Positions 19,468-29,825 of a DNA stretch of 64,000 nt are shown here, piece after piece. The stretch covers positions 204,828 through 268,827 of the forward strand of contig CAVVHE010000006.1 in assembly GCA_963748015.1 (NCBI GenBank), read 5' to 3'. This DNA is from Terriglobia bacterium (lineage in GTDB: Bacteria > Acidobacteriota > Polarisedimenticolia > Polarisedimenticolales > JAIQFR01). How positions within the stretch are numbered: position 1 is the first letter of the stretch; the number at the start of each line of letters is the position of its first letter. Made by a program: the position numbers and the translations under genes. Under the pieces are notes generated by a model. It was not told the origin of the DNA. It saw only the letters and a list, made by a program, of their open reading frames with translations, and ran no database searches.

Positions 19468-22400
19468 TCACGGGCAGGGCGAGGCACTCCCGTCGAGCGG
19501 ATCGCGGGGATCGGGAACCGGGGTCGCGTCACCGTAAGTCCCACGGCCGCAGTCGTTCTGACCCCGCGACAGATACCAGTAACCGTAGGCGCCGCTCGCC
19601 GGCGGCCAGGACTGGGTCATGGAGACGCTCGTCGAGGTCGCGTCGTTCATGAGACAGGTCGCGCCGGTGAATCCCCCCGTCGATCGGGAGGCTTCCCAGC
19701 GTCCCGGCCAGCAGGTCGTAGCGGACAGCCGGCCCCGCCTGCGCCGCGAGGGAGTCCCACGAGAGCACGACGACCGCGGCCCCGCCCGATCCCTTCCCGG
19801 CGGTGAGCCCCTGCGCCTCCACCGGCACGGCCCACGCCCCGGCGATCGTCGGCGCGCAGTCGCAGGCGTCGCCGCGGACGTCGCCGTCGATGTCGGCCTG
19901 CGTCGCGTTCGCGACCGTCGGGCAGTTGTCGCAGGCATCCCCGATCGAGTCGTGATCGGTGTCCTGCTGCACGGGGTTCGGAATCGTCGGGCAGTTGTCG
20001 CAGACGGTCGCGACGCCGTCACCGTCGCCGTCGGGGTTCGGGGACGTCGGGTTCGGGTCCCTCGAGTTGCCGCAGCCGTCCCCGTCGAGGTCCGATTCCC
20101 CGCGCACGTCGGAGACGTTGTACCCGCCGGTGGCGAACACCCGGACGAGATACCGGGCATCGGTGTGGGCGCGCCAGAGGAACTCGCTCCCCGCGACGCG
20201 CGCCGCGATCGGAATCCAGCGGGCGCCGTTGTCGGGGCTGACGAATACGTACGACAGGCGCGTCGCGGCCGGCGCCAGTGCCGCGCCGGCTTCGTGCCAG
20301 CGGATCGGGATGAGATCGCCGGGGTGGACCCGAACCGAGCTGAGCGGCCAGTCGAGCGCGATCGCGACCGGGGCCTGCGGCAGGACGAGCGTGTCGGTCG
20401 TCGCCTCCACGAGTCCGGGGCCGGGGAGGAACTCCCGGCGTACGAGGTCGAGGGAGCGCGTGCCCGCGGGAAGCGCGAGGGCCACCGCCATGTCGACGGT
20501 GTCCGACGGCGCCTCCTTCTCCGGGATCCCGAACGAGTCGTCGCGCTCGTCTCCGTCCGTGTCCACCGATTCCGGGGTGAAGTTCACGCGGTCGAGCATC
20601 ACCCCCGCCTGGTCGCGGAAGACCACGCTGGTCGTCACCTGGCTTGGATCCGGACTGCCGCCCCCGTTCTCGGAGAGGATGTCGGGGGTTCCCGTCACCC
20701 GCGAGACGTCGTCGCGGAAGAAGCTCCCGTTCCGTCCCTTGGCGAGGTGAATTCGCATCCAGAGGAGATCGGGATCGGCCTCGGTCTTGAACCGGTCCAT
20801 CAGGTGGTTGTAATCCCCGCCGTGGATCCACCGCGGCGGGAAGTCGCCGAGAGGGTCTTTGCCGGAATTCCCCATGATGCACCAGGCGTTGTCCATGCTC
20901 TGCCACTGCGAGATCCAGAAACCGAACGAGGTCACGCCGTCCTGAAGCGCCCCCGGGCACTGCCCTGCGGGGCCCGACGGGCAGAAGTTGTACTCGTCCT
21001 CGCACTGCCAGATCGAGTCGGGAAACGCGATCCGGCACGGCGCTTCGCTCAGCCCCCACGTGTGGCCGAGCTCGTGGACGACGACCTCCGAGCTGACTGC
21101 CGAGGCCGGGCTCTCGAAGATCACGACCCGCGGAGCGTAGTCTCCGGCGGACGCGCCGATCGCCCCGTCCCACGGCGAAATGAAGTGTTCCGAGAAGAAC
21201 CCGTCCTTCACCGTCCCCGCGAGACGGTCGAATCCTCCGGCCAGCAGCGCGGGAAGGTCCAGAAGGGCTATCGTCAGGTGCGGCGCCCCGATCGAGGTGT
21301 CGAAGGCGAGCGGCTCGGCGAGCGTGAAAGTCGTGACGACGTCGGTCGGGTAGAGGTCGGTCATGTAGGGCGTCGCCGCGGCGCGCGTCGTTTCGGCGTC
21401 GTTCGCGTCGCCGTCGGTGTCCGCGCTCTCGGTGGTCGCGAGGAACGCCTGGAACGCGATCGTCGGGCGGAGCACGGGCTTGACCGGAATGCCTGCGATG
21501 GCGGCGTTGTTGTTCAGCGCGTAGCACAGGGTCTGGCAAAGCGTCTCCGGGAAGCACGGCTCGAGGATGTGCCCGGGGTCCACCGACGCCGATGCGGTCA
21601 GCGCGAGCGGCGGCGAGCCGGGGCCGGCCTGCGGCCGGAAGCCGGCTGGTGAGCCCGGCCCGTTCCAGCCCGCCTCGAAGAGGGTAATCGGGGTGACCGA
21701 GCAGGCGGGGAGATCGACCGGGCGGGAGTGGGTGAAGACGTTTCCCAGCTCGTCGGTCGCCGTCGCGCGAACGACGACGCCGGCCTGCGCGACGTTGTAC
21801 GAGCTTCGGACGTTGAAGCGCATCATCGTGGGCTTGTTGTGCGCGAGCGCGGTCGCGTCGGGAGTGACCTGGATCAGCTCGACGTTCTCGATCCGGACGT
21901 CCCCGTTGGGGCTCACCATGTTCGCGTTCGAGACGACCCGGAACGTGACCCGCCCCCGCGGACCGTCCGTCCCCGATACTCTCCGGAAGACCTCCCCGCT
22001 GCAGGTATTGGCGAGGGCGCCCGCGCCGCATCCCGGCACGTCCCCGGCTTCCGCGGCGTCCCGGACCCGCGCGCACAGCGGGTCGTAGCTGAAGTTCAGG
22101 GCGCTCCCGTTGGTCGAGGTCAGGTCGAGCAGCGTGTCGTCCCCTCCGAGCCCTCCATCCTGATCCCACAGCTGGATTTCGCCGGTAATCGGAGGATACG
22201 GGGAGTTCACCTGGATCGAGCACCCCAGCGGGCCGCTCAGCGTCCGGCTCGACCCACGGGGGCCGAGGGTGCAGGACTGCACGCCGGCATTCGAGGTCAG
22301 GTTCACCACGAGGTAGAGCTCGGGATCGCCGGCGAACAGCCCCTCGGCGTCGTCGATGGCGTGCGCCTCCGAGAACTGGACGGTCACCTGGATCGGCGAG

Positions 22401-22504
22401 TTCGGGGGAGGACACACCTGCGCGGCGGCCCGCCACGGGACGATCCAGAGGATCGCCAGCAGCACGAGACGGCGGATCGCGCGGGACGATTCGAGAGCGT
22501 TCAT
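19468..22504 (-). CDS. Paralogous secreted zinc metalloprotease-like protein, apparent frameshift at 19673-19678
   Basis: Colinear similarity to 16338..19370 (HELGHTWGL...DEYNF...CIMG, SPDNG, TSP3). The homologous C-terminus (...YWYLSRGQNDC...SPCP) lies in the 19468..20160 frame and is restored by removing one base of the C6 run. Confidence 0.8.
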
Positions 22505-22607
22505 GGTCGGTCTCCTCCTGTGCCTATCAAGACTCCGTTCCCCGCGCTTTGTACCAGTCTCCCGCGGCGTTAGACTCCGCGATACCCAAGAAAACGCCGG
22601 AGAGGCG

Positions 22608-23182
22608 ATGGATCAGGACCTGCTGCATTTGGTCTCGAGATTGCGGGACGGCCGGCGCGACGAGGCGGCCGAGCGCGAGTTCGACCGTGTCCTCCGTCCG
22701 AAGCTCCGCCGCTATTTCGCGCACGGCCCCTGGCCGCCGGACGAGGCGGAGGACCTGGTACAAAGGACGCTGACGCGGGTCTATACCAGCGTGGAGCAAC
22801 TGCACCAGCCCGAGCGCTTTTATGGATGGCTCTTCGCCATAGCCAGAAACGTCCGGCGCACCGCGGCGGTCGAGTGGGACTCCGGCGAAGCGTCGAATAC
22901 CCTCCGATCGATCCCGGCAGCGACGGCGCGGCCGCCGCAACGGACGCCGGGGGGGAGCGGGCCGCGATCGAGGCGGAACGGGCCGCTGCGGTCGCGCGCG
23001 CGATCGGCGAGCTTCCGGCCCGGCAGCGGGAATGCCTGCTCCTGAGGATCCGCGAGGAGCTGACCTACGAGGAGATCGCGGAGACCCTGCGACTGAGCCC
23101 GCTCACCGTGCGCAACCATCTGGCCCAGGCGAAGGAGTCGCTGAGACGATCGATCTTCCGGGAAAAGGAGCCGCGCCGATGA
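22608..23182 (+). CDS. ECF RNA polymerase sigma factor, apparent frameshift between 22875 and 22955
   Basis: Region 2 (AEDLVQRT...FYGWLFAIARN) in one frame, region 4 (LPARQRECLLLR...TYEEIAETL...TVRNHL) in another. Confidence 0.85.
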
Positions 23183-23988
23183 TTCGCGAAGAGGAGGTCG
23201 ATGGCGCGATTCGGGAGGGGGCGCGCGCGCTGGCTCCCGACGGAAATTGCATCGAGGACGACCGGCTCGTCGCGTTCTACCGGGACACGCTCACAGAGAT
23301 GGACGCCGATGCGGTGCGTGCGCATCTTTCCACCTGCTCCGACTGTCTCGAGGCGGCCCGGGACGCCCGGCGGTTCGTCGAGGCGATGGGGGACGCGCGA
23401 CCGGCGCGGTCGCGGGCGGCCCCGCCGATACGCCGCCTCGCGATCGCGGCCGCGCTCGCGGGGATCGGGCTCCTCGCGGGGACGTTCTATCTCGCGGGGC
23501 GGATCGGAGATCTCCCGTCGGCCGATGGGGAGACGGCGGGCGAAACGTGGTCGGCGATCGCCGTCGCACCGGCGCCGTACGGCTCGGGGCCCGACGAACT
23601 CGTCTGGAGGGGGGAGAGCCCGGCGGAGGACGCCTCGCCTCTGGACACCGCCGCGGCGCGATACCGGGCCGGTGACTTTCCGGCCGCCGCCGAGGATCTC
23701 GCGGCGTACGTAGTCAAGCACCCCGACGATGCCAGAGGCCGGTTCTACCTGGGAGTCGCGAGACTCCTGAGCGGAAGAGTGTCGCTCGCGGCCTCCGAGC
23801 TCGAGGTCGCACTAGCGATGCCGGGCTCTCCGTCCGATACGTCATGGTATCTCGCGCTCGCCTGTCTGAAATCGGGGAGGCTTTCCCGCGGGCGGGTCGA
23901 GCTCGAGCGGATTGCCGCGTCGGATGGCCCCCACCGCGACGAGGCGCGCGCGCTGCTGCGTCGTCTCGCCGGGGAGATGCCCCGGTGA
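23179..23988 (+). CDS. zf-HC2 anti-sigma factor with TM helix and TPR-like C-terminal domain
   Basis: HLSTCSDC (HxxxCxxC), TM segment, ARFYLG/WYLALA-type TPR helices; ATGA overlap with the sigma stop. Confidence 0.85.
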   Translation: MIREEEVDGAIREGARALAPDGNCIEDDRLVAFYRDTLTEMDADAVRAHLSTCSDCLEAARDARRFVEAMGDARPARSRAAPPIRRLAIAAALAGIGLLAGTFYLAGRIGDLPSADGETAGETWSAIAVAPAPYGSGPDELVWRGESPAEDASPLDTAAARYRAGDFPAAAEDLAAYVVKHPDDARGRFYLGVARLLSGRVSLAASELEVALAMPGSPSDTSWYLALACLKSGRLSRGRVELERIAASDGPHRDEARALLRRLAGEMPR

Positions 23989-26744
23989 GGCGCGTCGCCA
24001 CGACGGTGGTCGTCGCCGTCCTGCTCCTGTCGGAGACGGGAGCGGCCGATCCCGCCGAACGACGGATCGACGAGGCGGCTCGCCTCATCCGCAAGGCGGC
24101 CTTCGAGCCGGCCCGCCGGTCGCTCGATGAGGCGACCCGGCTGCTCGAGCGCCGCGAGGACGAGGCGGCGGAAGCGCGGGCCCTGCGGTGGCGCGGCATT
24201 CTCCTCGATGCGACCGGGGACGCAGAGGGAGCGGCCCGCGCCTTCTCGCAATCGATCGAGACGGCGCGTCGCGCCGGCGATCGCCGCGGCGAGGCCGGCG
24301 CGCTCCGCGATGTCGGCTTCGGGCACTGGAGGCGCGCGGAGTACGCCGAAGCCGAGCGGCTGGCGCGCGAGGCGCTGGCGATCCAGACCGCCGTGGGGGA
24401 TCGCGGCGGAGAGGGGGCCAGCATCGATCTGCTCGGGCGGATCGCCCTCAAGCTCGGACGCACCGACGACGCGCTCGCGCTGCTCGACCAGGCCGCAGCA
24501 CTCCGGGCCGCGGCGGGAGAACCGTACGGCGAGGTCGAATCGAGGCTCGGCCTGCTCCAGACGCGCCTCGAGCGGCGCGAGTTCGACCGAGCGATGGACG
24601 GGGCACGCTCCCTCGAAGAGCGCGGCGCGGAACTCGGGGACCGCGACGTCGTGGTCGAGGCGCTGGCCCAGGAGGCGATCACCTGGATCGTCCAGGGGGC
24701 GGCCGATGCGGCCCTAGAGTGCCTCGCCCGAGCCCGGGCGCTCGCGAGCGACCCGGCCGATCTCGCCCTCCTCGCCCGCGTGCGGTATCTCGAGGCGAAC
24801 GCGCGTCGCCTTCGCGGGGACCACGAGGGGGCGATCGCCGCGCATGACGAGGCAATCGCCGCCTTCGCCTCGCTCGGCAACCGCCGCGAGGAAGCCTGGA
24901 ATCTCGCGCGCCGGGCACGCTCGATGGCCGCGCTCGGGCGGTTCCGCGAGGCCGAGGCATCGCTCGCGCGGGCGCTCGCGATCTGGGACACGCTCAAGGA
25001 CCGCCGCGCCGCCGCCTACTTCACCTACGAGCGCGGTCGCCTCCTGGAGCGGACGGGACGATACGACGAGGCGTGGAGCGCCTGGGAGAACGCGCTCCGT
25101 CTCGAGGACGAGATCGCGCTCCCGTACGAGGCGCTCGTCCTCTCGGACATGGCGTGGCTCGCCGCCCGGCGTGGCGAGGCTCCCCAGGCGCGGTCGCTCG
25201 CCTCTCGGGCCGTGGCGTCCGCGGAGCGATCGGGGATCTCGGAGATGCTCTGGACCGCGCTGTACCGGCGGGCGCTCGTCGAGCGGCGTGAGGGCCGCAG
25301 GGAGGAAGCGCTCGCCTCGCTGCGGCGCTGTCTTTCCGTCATCGAGGAGATGCGCCGGCGCGTCGTGCCCCTCGACGAGGCGCTCGTGGGTTTCCTCGAG
25401 GACAAGCAGGAGGTCTTCGCGGAAGCGGTGGATCTCCTCATGGAACTGGGGCGATCCGGCGAGGCGCTCGAGATCGCGGAGCGCGCGAGGGCCCGCGCCT
25501 TCGTCGACCTCCTGCGCGGCCACGCCGTCGCGGACTCGGGTGAGATCCCCACGCTCGCGACGCTGCGGGGGGCCGCCTTGCGTCACGGCGCGACGATCGT
25601 CGAGTACTTCGCCGCCCGCGCGCGGACGTTCGCCTGGACCATCGCTCCCGGCGCCCCGGTGCGCGCCGTCACTCTCGCCGTCGGAGCGGATCGGTGGGTC
25701 GAGAGGCTCGACACGCTCCGCGGGAGTCTCGGCAGCGGAACGGTCCGCTGCTCCGCGGATGCGGGGCTCCTCCTCCGGGACCTCGAGAGGGACCTGTGGG
25801 AGCCCATCGCGCAGTGGCTGCCCCAAGGCGCGGGGGATCGCGTGACGATCGTGCCGCACGGCGCGCTCCTCGTGCTCCCGTTCTCGAGCCTCATCGACCC
25901 GGAAGGGAAGTACCTCGTCGAGAGATTCACGATCGACTATGCCCCTTCCGTCGCCGCGCTCGCCGTGCTCGACGCCAAGGCGGCGAGCGGAAACATAGCG
26001 GCGGGCGGCTGCCTGGCGATCGGGAATCCCTCCCTGGCGCCCGCCGTTCCCGGGTCCTTCCCCCTTCCGGCTCTTCCGGGTGCCGAGGCGGAAGCATTCT
26101 TCGCCGCCGAGGCCCTCGGGCGCGGATCGAGCGACCTGCTCGTAGGGGCCGGCGCGACTGAAGCCGTCGTGAAGTCCCTCGCTCCGTCCCGCGCCTGGAT
26201 CCACTTCGCGACCCACGGGGTGCTTCGCGACGACGATCCGCTAGAGAGCGCGCTCCTTTTGGCACCCTCCCCGGGGACGGGCGCCGCGGGCGATGGGCGC
26301 CTGACGGCTCGGGAGATTCTCGACCTGCCGCTTCGCGCGAGGCTCGTGACCCTCTCGGCCTGCGAGAGCGGTCTGGGGCGCGTCACGGGCGAGGGGATGC
26401 TCGGCCTCTGCCGCTCGTTCCTCCACGCGGGGGCGGATTCCGTCATCGTCAGCCTGTGGCGCGTGTCCGATCTCGTCGGCGGGTTCCAGATGAACCGCTT
26501 CTATGCCAGGCTGGCGGAAGGGGATGCGCCGTCGCTCGCCCTGCGGAGAGCCCAGCTCGATACCCTGGCTGCCCTCCGGCGGGGCGAGATCCGAACCGCG
26601 AGTGGGAACCCGCTCAGGGAGTCGCCCCTGCTCTGGGCGCCCTACGTCCTCATCGGCCACGGCGGAGCACCGAGCCCGGTGGCTTCCGCCGACGCTGTCC
26701 GGCCCGGGGATCGGGACGCGCCGGCGTCGCGACTCACTCGATGA
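23985..26744 (+). CDS. TPR-CHAT (caspase-like) protease, probably exported
   Basis: GTGA overlap with the anti-sigma gene; hydrophobic N-terminus; TPR array; HFATHG and LSACESG catalytic His/Cys; SLWRV; WAPY. Confidence 0.9.
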   Translation: MRRVATTVVVAVLLLSETGAADPAERRIDEAARLIRKAAFEPARRSLDEATRLLERREDEAAEARALRWRGILLDATGDAEGAARAFSQSIETARRAGDRRGEAGALRDVGFGHWRRAEYAEAERLAREALAIQTAVGDRGGEGASIDLLGRIALKLGRTDDALALLDQAAALRAAAGEPYGEVESRLGLLQTRLERREFDRAMDGARSLEERGAELGDRDVVVEALAQEAITWIVQGAADAALECLARARALASDPADLALLARVRYLEANARRLRGDHEGAIAAHDEAIAAFASLGNRREEAWNLARRARSMAALGRFREAEASLARALAIWDTLKDRRAAAYFTYERGRLLERTGRYDEAWSAWENALRLEDEIALPYEALVLSDMAWLAARRGEAPQARSLASRAVASAERSGISEMLWTALYRRALVERREGRREEALASLRRCLSVIEEMRRRVVPLDEALVGFLEDKQEVFAEAVDLLMELGRSGEALEIAERARARAFVDLLRGHAVADSGEIPTLATLRGAALRHGATIVEYFAARARTFAWTIAPGAPVRAVTLAVGADRWVERLDTLRGSLGSGTVRCSADAGLLLRDLERDLWEPIAQWLPQGAGDRVTIVPHGALLVLPFSSLIDPEGKYLVERFTIDYAPSVAALAVLDAKAASGNIAAGGCLAIGNPSLAPAVPGSFPLPALPGAEAEAFFAAEALGRGSSDLLVGAGATEAVVKSLAPSRAWIHFATHGVLRDDDPLESALLLAPSPGTGAAGDGRLTAREILDLPLRARLVTLSACESGLGRVTGEGMLGLCRSFLHAGADSVIVSLWRVSDLVGGFQMNRFYARLAEGDAPSLALRRAQLDTLAALRRGEIRTASGNPLRESPLLWAPYVLIGHGGAPSPVASADAVRPGDRDAPASRLTR

Positions 26745-26766
26745 CGACGAAGCCGTCGGGACTGGT

Positions 26767-27348
26767 TCAGGCGTTCGCGCCGCCGGTTCCCCCGTCACCA
26801 GATCGCTCCGGTCCCTTCGCGCGGCGCCTGTACTCCGCCAGAATTCCCTCCCGCAGCGTGGGCATGTACGAGTACAGCTGGCCGAAGTAGACGCGGTGGA
26901 TGCTCAGGACCTCGAGGTCCGTCGCCGCCCGCACGGTGGCCATGCGCGGCGCGTTCCCGAGGATGCCCATCTCGCCGAAGAACTCCCCCGGGCCGAGGCG
27001 CGCCAGGATCGTGTCGCCCTCGGCGGGATCCTCGCGAACCACCTCCGCCTCCCCCCGTCCGATCGCGTAGAGGCGGTCCGAGGGATCTCCCTGCCGGAAG
27101 ACGATCTCGCCCTTCTTGAAGTGCTTCTCCACGACGCTCTGCAGGCGCGCCCTGATGTCCGCGGCCACGACCCACAGGAATACGACGAGCGCCGCGAAGA
27201 GCAGCAGCTGTCCTCCCCCCATGAAGAGGACCATGGTGTAGGGAGTCGAGCGCAGGGTGTACACGACGGCCGTGCCCAGGCCGAGAAACGCCAGAAGACC
27301 GGCGACCGAGAGCTGCGTCCCGCGAGGGTGGGAGAGGCTGGTGTCCAT
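26767..27348 (-). CDS. Two-TM membrane protein with a cyclic-nucleotide-binding domain
   Basis: Two hydrophobic helices then FRQGD...LGPGEFFGEM...PRMATV; start ATG 27348. Confidence 0.88.
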   Translation of the reverse strand: MDTSLSHPRGTQLSVAGLLAFLGLGTAVVYTLRSTPYTMVLFMGGGQLLLFAALVVFLWVVAADIRARLQSVVEKHFKKGEIVFRQGDPSDRLYAIGRGEAEVVREDPAEGDTILARLGPGEFFGEMGILGNAPRMATVRAATDLEVLSIHRVYFGQLYSYMPTLREGILAEYRRRAKGPERSGDGGTGGANA

Positions 27349-27353
27349 GAGCG

Positions 27354-28064
27354 TCAACTCCTTTCCATCGCCGGCGGATGGCTCGGCCCGTGGCAATCGG
27401 TGCAGGCCTTCTCTCCTCGCAGCACCTTCTCGAGGATCCCCGCGTGGGCTTTCTGCCGGATGAACTTCTGCGACTGCCCGTGACAGTTGAGGCAGATCGT
27501 GAACCGGTACGGCGCCTTCATCCGTACGGGGAGCCTGTAGGTGCCCGCCGTGTCCTTCCAGATGTGCGCCATTCCCCCGACCTTGGCTTCCATCGTGCCG
27601 AACAGCCCGTAGTCGGTGTGGCAGGTGTAGCAGTGGTAGTCCTGTATGTAGCGGTTCTTGAAGTGCAGCGCGGCGAGCCGCTGGCTTCCGGGATCCTCCA
27701 TGTCGGCCACGAACGTGTTCATCAGGTGGCAGGACCTGCAAAAGGCGACGGCCTTCGCCTGCTCCAGCCCGACTGCGCTGCTCAGTACCATCACGGGAAA
27801 AGGCACCACGCACACGCCGATGAAGAGTAGCCACCGCGACTGGAATGCGGCGAGCCGGCCGCGGCGGAAGAGGAGCGTGTACAGGAGCAGCACCATGGCG
27901 GCGACGGCGAGGAACAGCGCGATGTTCTTGGCCCACTCCTTCGCGTAGTCCGTCGGCATCTGGTAGGCGTTCTCCGCGGCAGGAGCGAGCAGGGACGAAG
28001 CCGCGAGAACGATGAGCGCCGCCGCCGGCCAGGGCCGTACCTTCCGAATCCGCCTGCCGATCAT
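27354..28064 (-). CDS. NapC/NirT-like tetraheme c-type cytochrome
   Basis: CRSCH, CYTCH, CLNCH, CTDCH after TM helices; ATG 28064 has GGAGGG RBS (alternative start 28139). Confidence 0.85.
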   Translation of the reverse strand: MIGRRIRKVRPWPAAALIVLAASSLLAPAAENAYQMPTDYAKEWAKNIALFLAVAAMVLLLYTLLFRRGRLAAFQSRWLLFIGVCVVPFPVMVLSSAVGLEQAKAVAFCRSCHLMNTFVADMEDPGSQRLAALHFKNRYIQDYHCYTCHTDYGLFGTMEAKVGGMAHIWKDTAGTYRLPVRMKAPYRFTICLNCHGQSQKFIRQKAHAGILEKVLRGEKACTDCHGPSHPPAMERS

Positions 28065-28324
28065 TGGACCCTCCCGCCGCGGGTGCGGCACCCCCGTGGT
28101 CTCTGTCCGCGTCGAATGGGGTTCGTGTCGTGAGGACATGCGAGAACCTCTCCCGGCGGGCGATGTTCCCGTCTACGTCGTACCCGTTAGCCAGGGGCCG
28201 TTCGGTGACGCCAGTCTACCCCAGGCAGAGTACGAGGGCGCTTCGGAGGCTCCGGGCTGCTCCGAGGCACTCGGACGGTGCGGCCGCCGACTTCGAATAC
28301 CGGGATCCGGTAGACTCTCCTCTC

Positions 28325-29790
28325 GTGAGCGAAGACCGCGGCCTCGTCCTGGTTACCGGCTCCACCGGCTACGTCGGCGGGAGGCTAGCGCCTCGCCTCC
28401 TCGACGCGGGCCGGCGGCTGCGCTGCCTCGTGCGCGACCCGGCGCGGCTCGCGGGGCGCGCCTGGGCCGAGCATGCGGAGATCGTCCGCGCCGACGCGCT
28501 GCGCCCCGAGACCCTGGCCCCGGCCCTGCGCGGGGTCCGCTCCGCCTACTACCTCGTCCACGGCATGGCGGGCGGGGCGGACTTCCACGAGCGCGATCTC
28601 GCCGCCGCACGGAACTTCGGCGCCGCCGCCCGGGATGCGGGGGTCGAGCAGATCGTCTACCTCGGCGGGCTCGGCGACCCGGACACCGAGCTTTCCCGCC
28701 ATCTCCGCTCGAGGCAGGAGACGGGGGACGCGCTACGCGAGTCCGGTGTTCCGGTGACGGAGTTCCGGGCCGGGGTGATCGTCGGCTCGGGCAGCCTCTC
28801 CTTCGAGATGGTCCGGTATCTCGTGGAGCGCGTTCCGGTCATGATCTGCCCCCGCTGGGTCCGCACCCGCATCCAGCCGATAGCGATCCGGAACGTGCTC
28901 GACTACCTGTGCGCGGTGCTCGACTGCCCCGACGCACGCGGCCGGGTGATCGAAATCGGCGGCGAGGACGTGGTGACGTACGGGGAGATGCTCACCGTCT
29001 ACGCCGGGGTCCGCGGGCTGCGCCGCTGGCTCGTCTCGGTGCCGGTGCTCACGCCGCGGCTGTCGTCGTACTGGGTCCATCTCGTGACCCCCGTGCCGGC
29101 TTCCATCGCACGGCCGCTCGTCGAGGGACTCCGAAACGACGTCGTCGTCCGCGACGACGCCGCGCGGCGCCTGTTCCCGGAAATACGCCCGGTGGGCTAC
29201 GAGGAAGCCGTCCGGCTCGCGCTTCGCCGGCTCGATGCGGGGCACGTCGAGACCCGCTGGAGCGACGCGCTGGCGACGAGCCAGGGGGACGTACCGCCGG
29301 TCGTCTTCGCGGACGTCGAGGGGATGATCGTCGAGCAGCGGCAGCTCGTCGTGCCCGCGCCGCCCGAGACCGTGTTCCGGTCCTTCTCGAGCCTCGGCGG
29401 GGACGTCGGGTGGCTGTACTGGAACTTCGCGTGGCGGCTGCGCGGACTGGCGGACCGCCTCGTGGGCGGCGTCGGGCTTCGCCGCGGCCGCCGCGATCCC
29501 GTGGAGGTCCGCGTCGGCGATGCGCTCGACTTCTGGAGGGTCGAGGAGGTGGAGCCCGACCGCCTGCTCCGCCTGCGAGCGGAGATGAAGGTGCCGGGAC
29601 GCGCGTGGTTGCAGTTCAAGGTCGTCCCGCACGCCGGGGGAGCTCCCTGCTGACGCAGACCGCGTTCTTCGCTCCGAAGGGGCTCGCGGGCTGGGCCTAC
29701 TGGTACGCGCTCTACCCGGCGCACGCCTTCATCTTCAGCGGACTCGTCCGCCGGGTCGGCCGCCGCGCCGCCGAGATCGGAGACAGGTAG
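28325..29790 (+). CDS. YbjT-like NAD(P)-binding SDR with DUF2867-type C-terminus, apparent frameshift at 29636-29640
   Basis: VTGSTGYVG; LRAEMKVPGRAWLQF; the expected tail QTAFFAPKGLAGWAYWYAL is in the next frame and is restored by G5 to G6. Confidence 0.85.
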
Positions 29791-29825
29791 CCGCGACGGC
29801 GCCGTTCGCCGTCTCGCGCCTCTTC

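Noticed and set aside
22608..23182. Sigma factor as a true pseudogene
   Set aside because: Both halves are intact, coupling to the anti-sigma gene is preserved, and similar one-base errors recur across the window.
23985..26744. Craspase / type III-E CRISPR system
   Set aside because: No cas genes or CRISPR array; only the protease-sigma logic is analogous.
29795..29813. GACGGCG-N5-CGCCGTC hairpin between convergent genes
   Set aside because: A 7-bp stem without a clear U-tract is expected by chance at this GC content.
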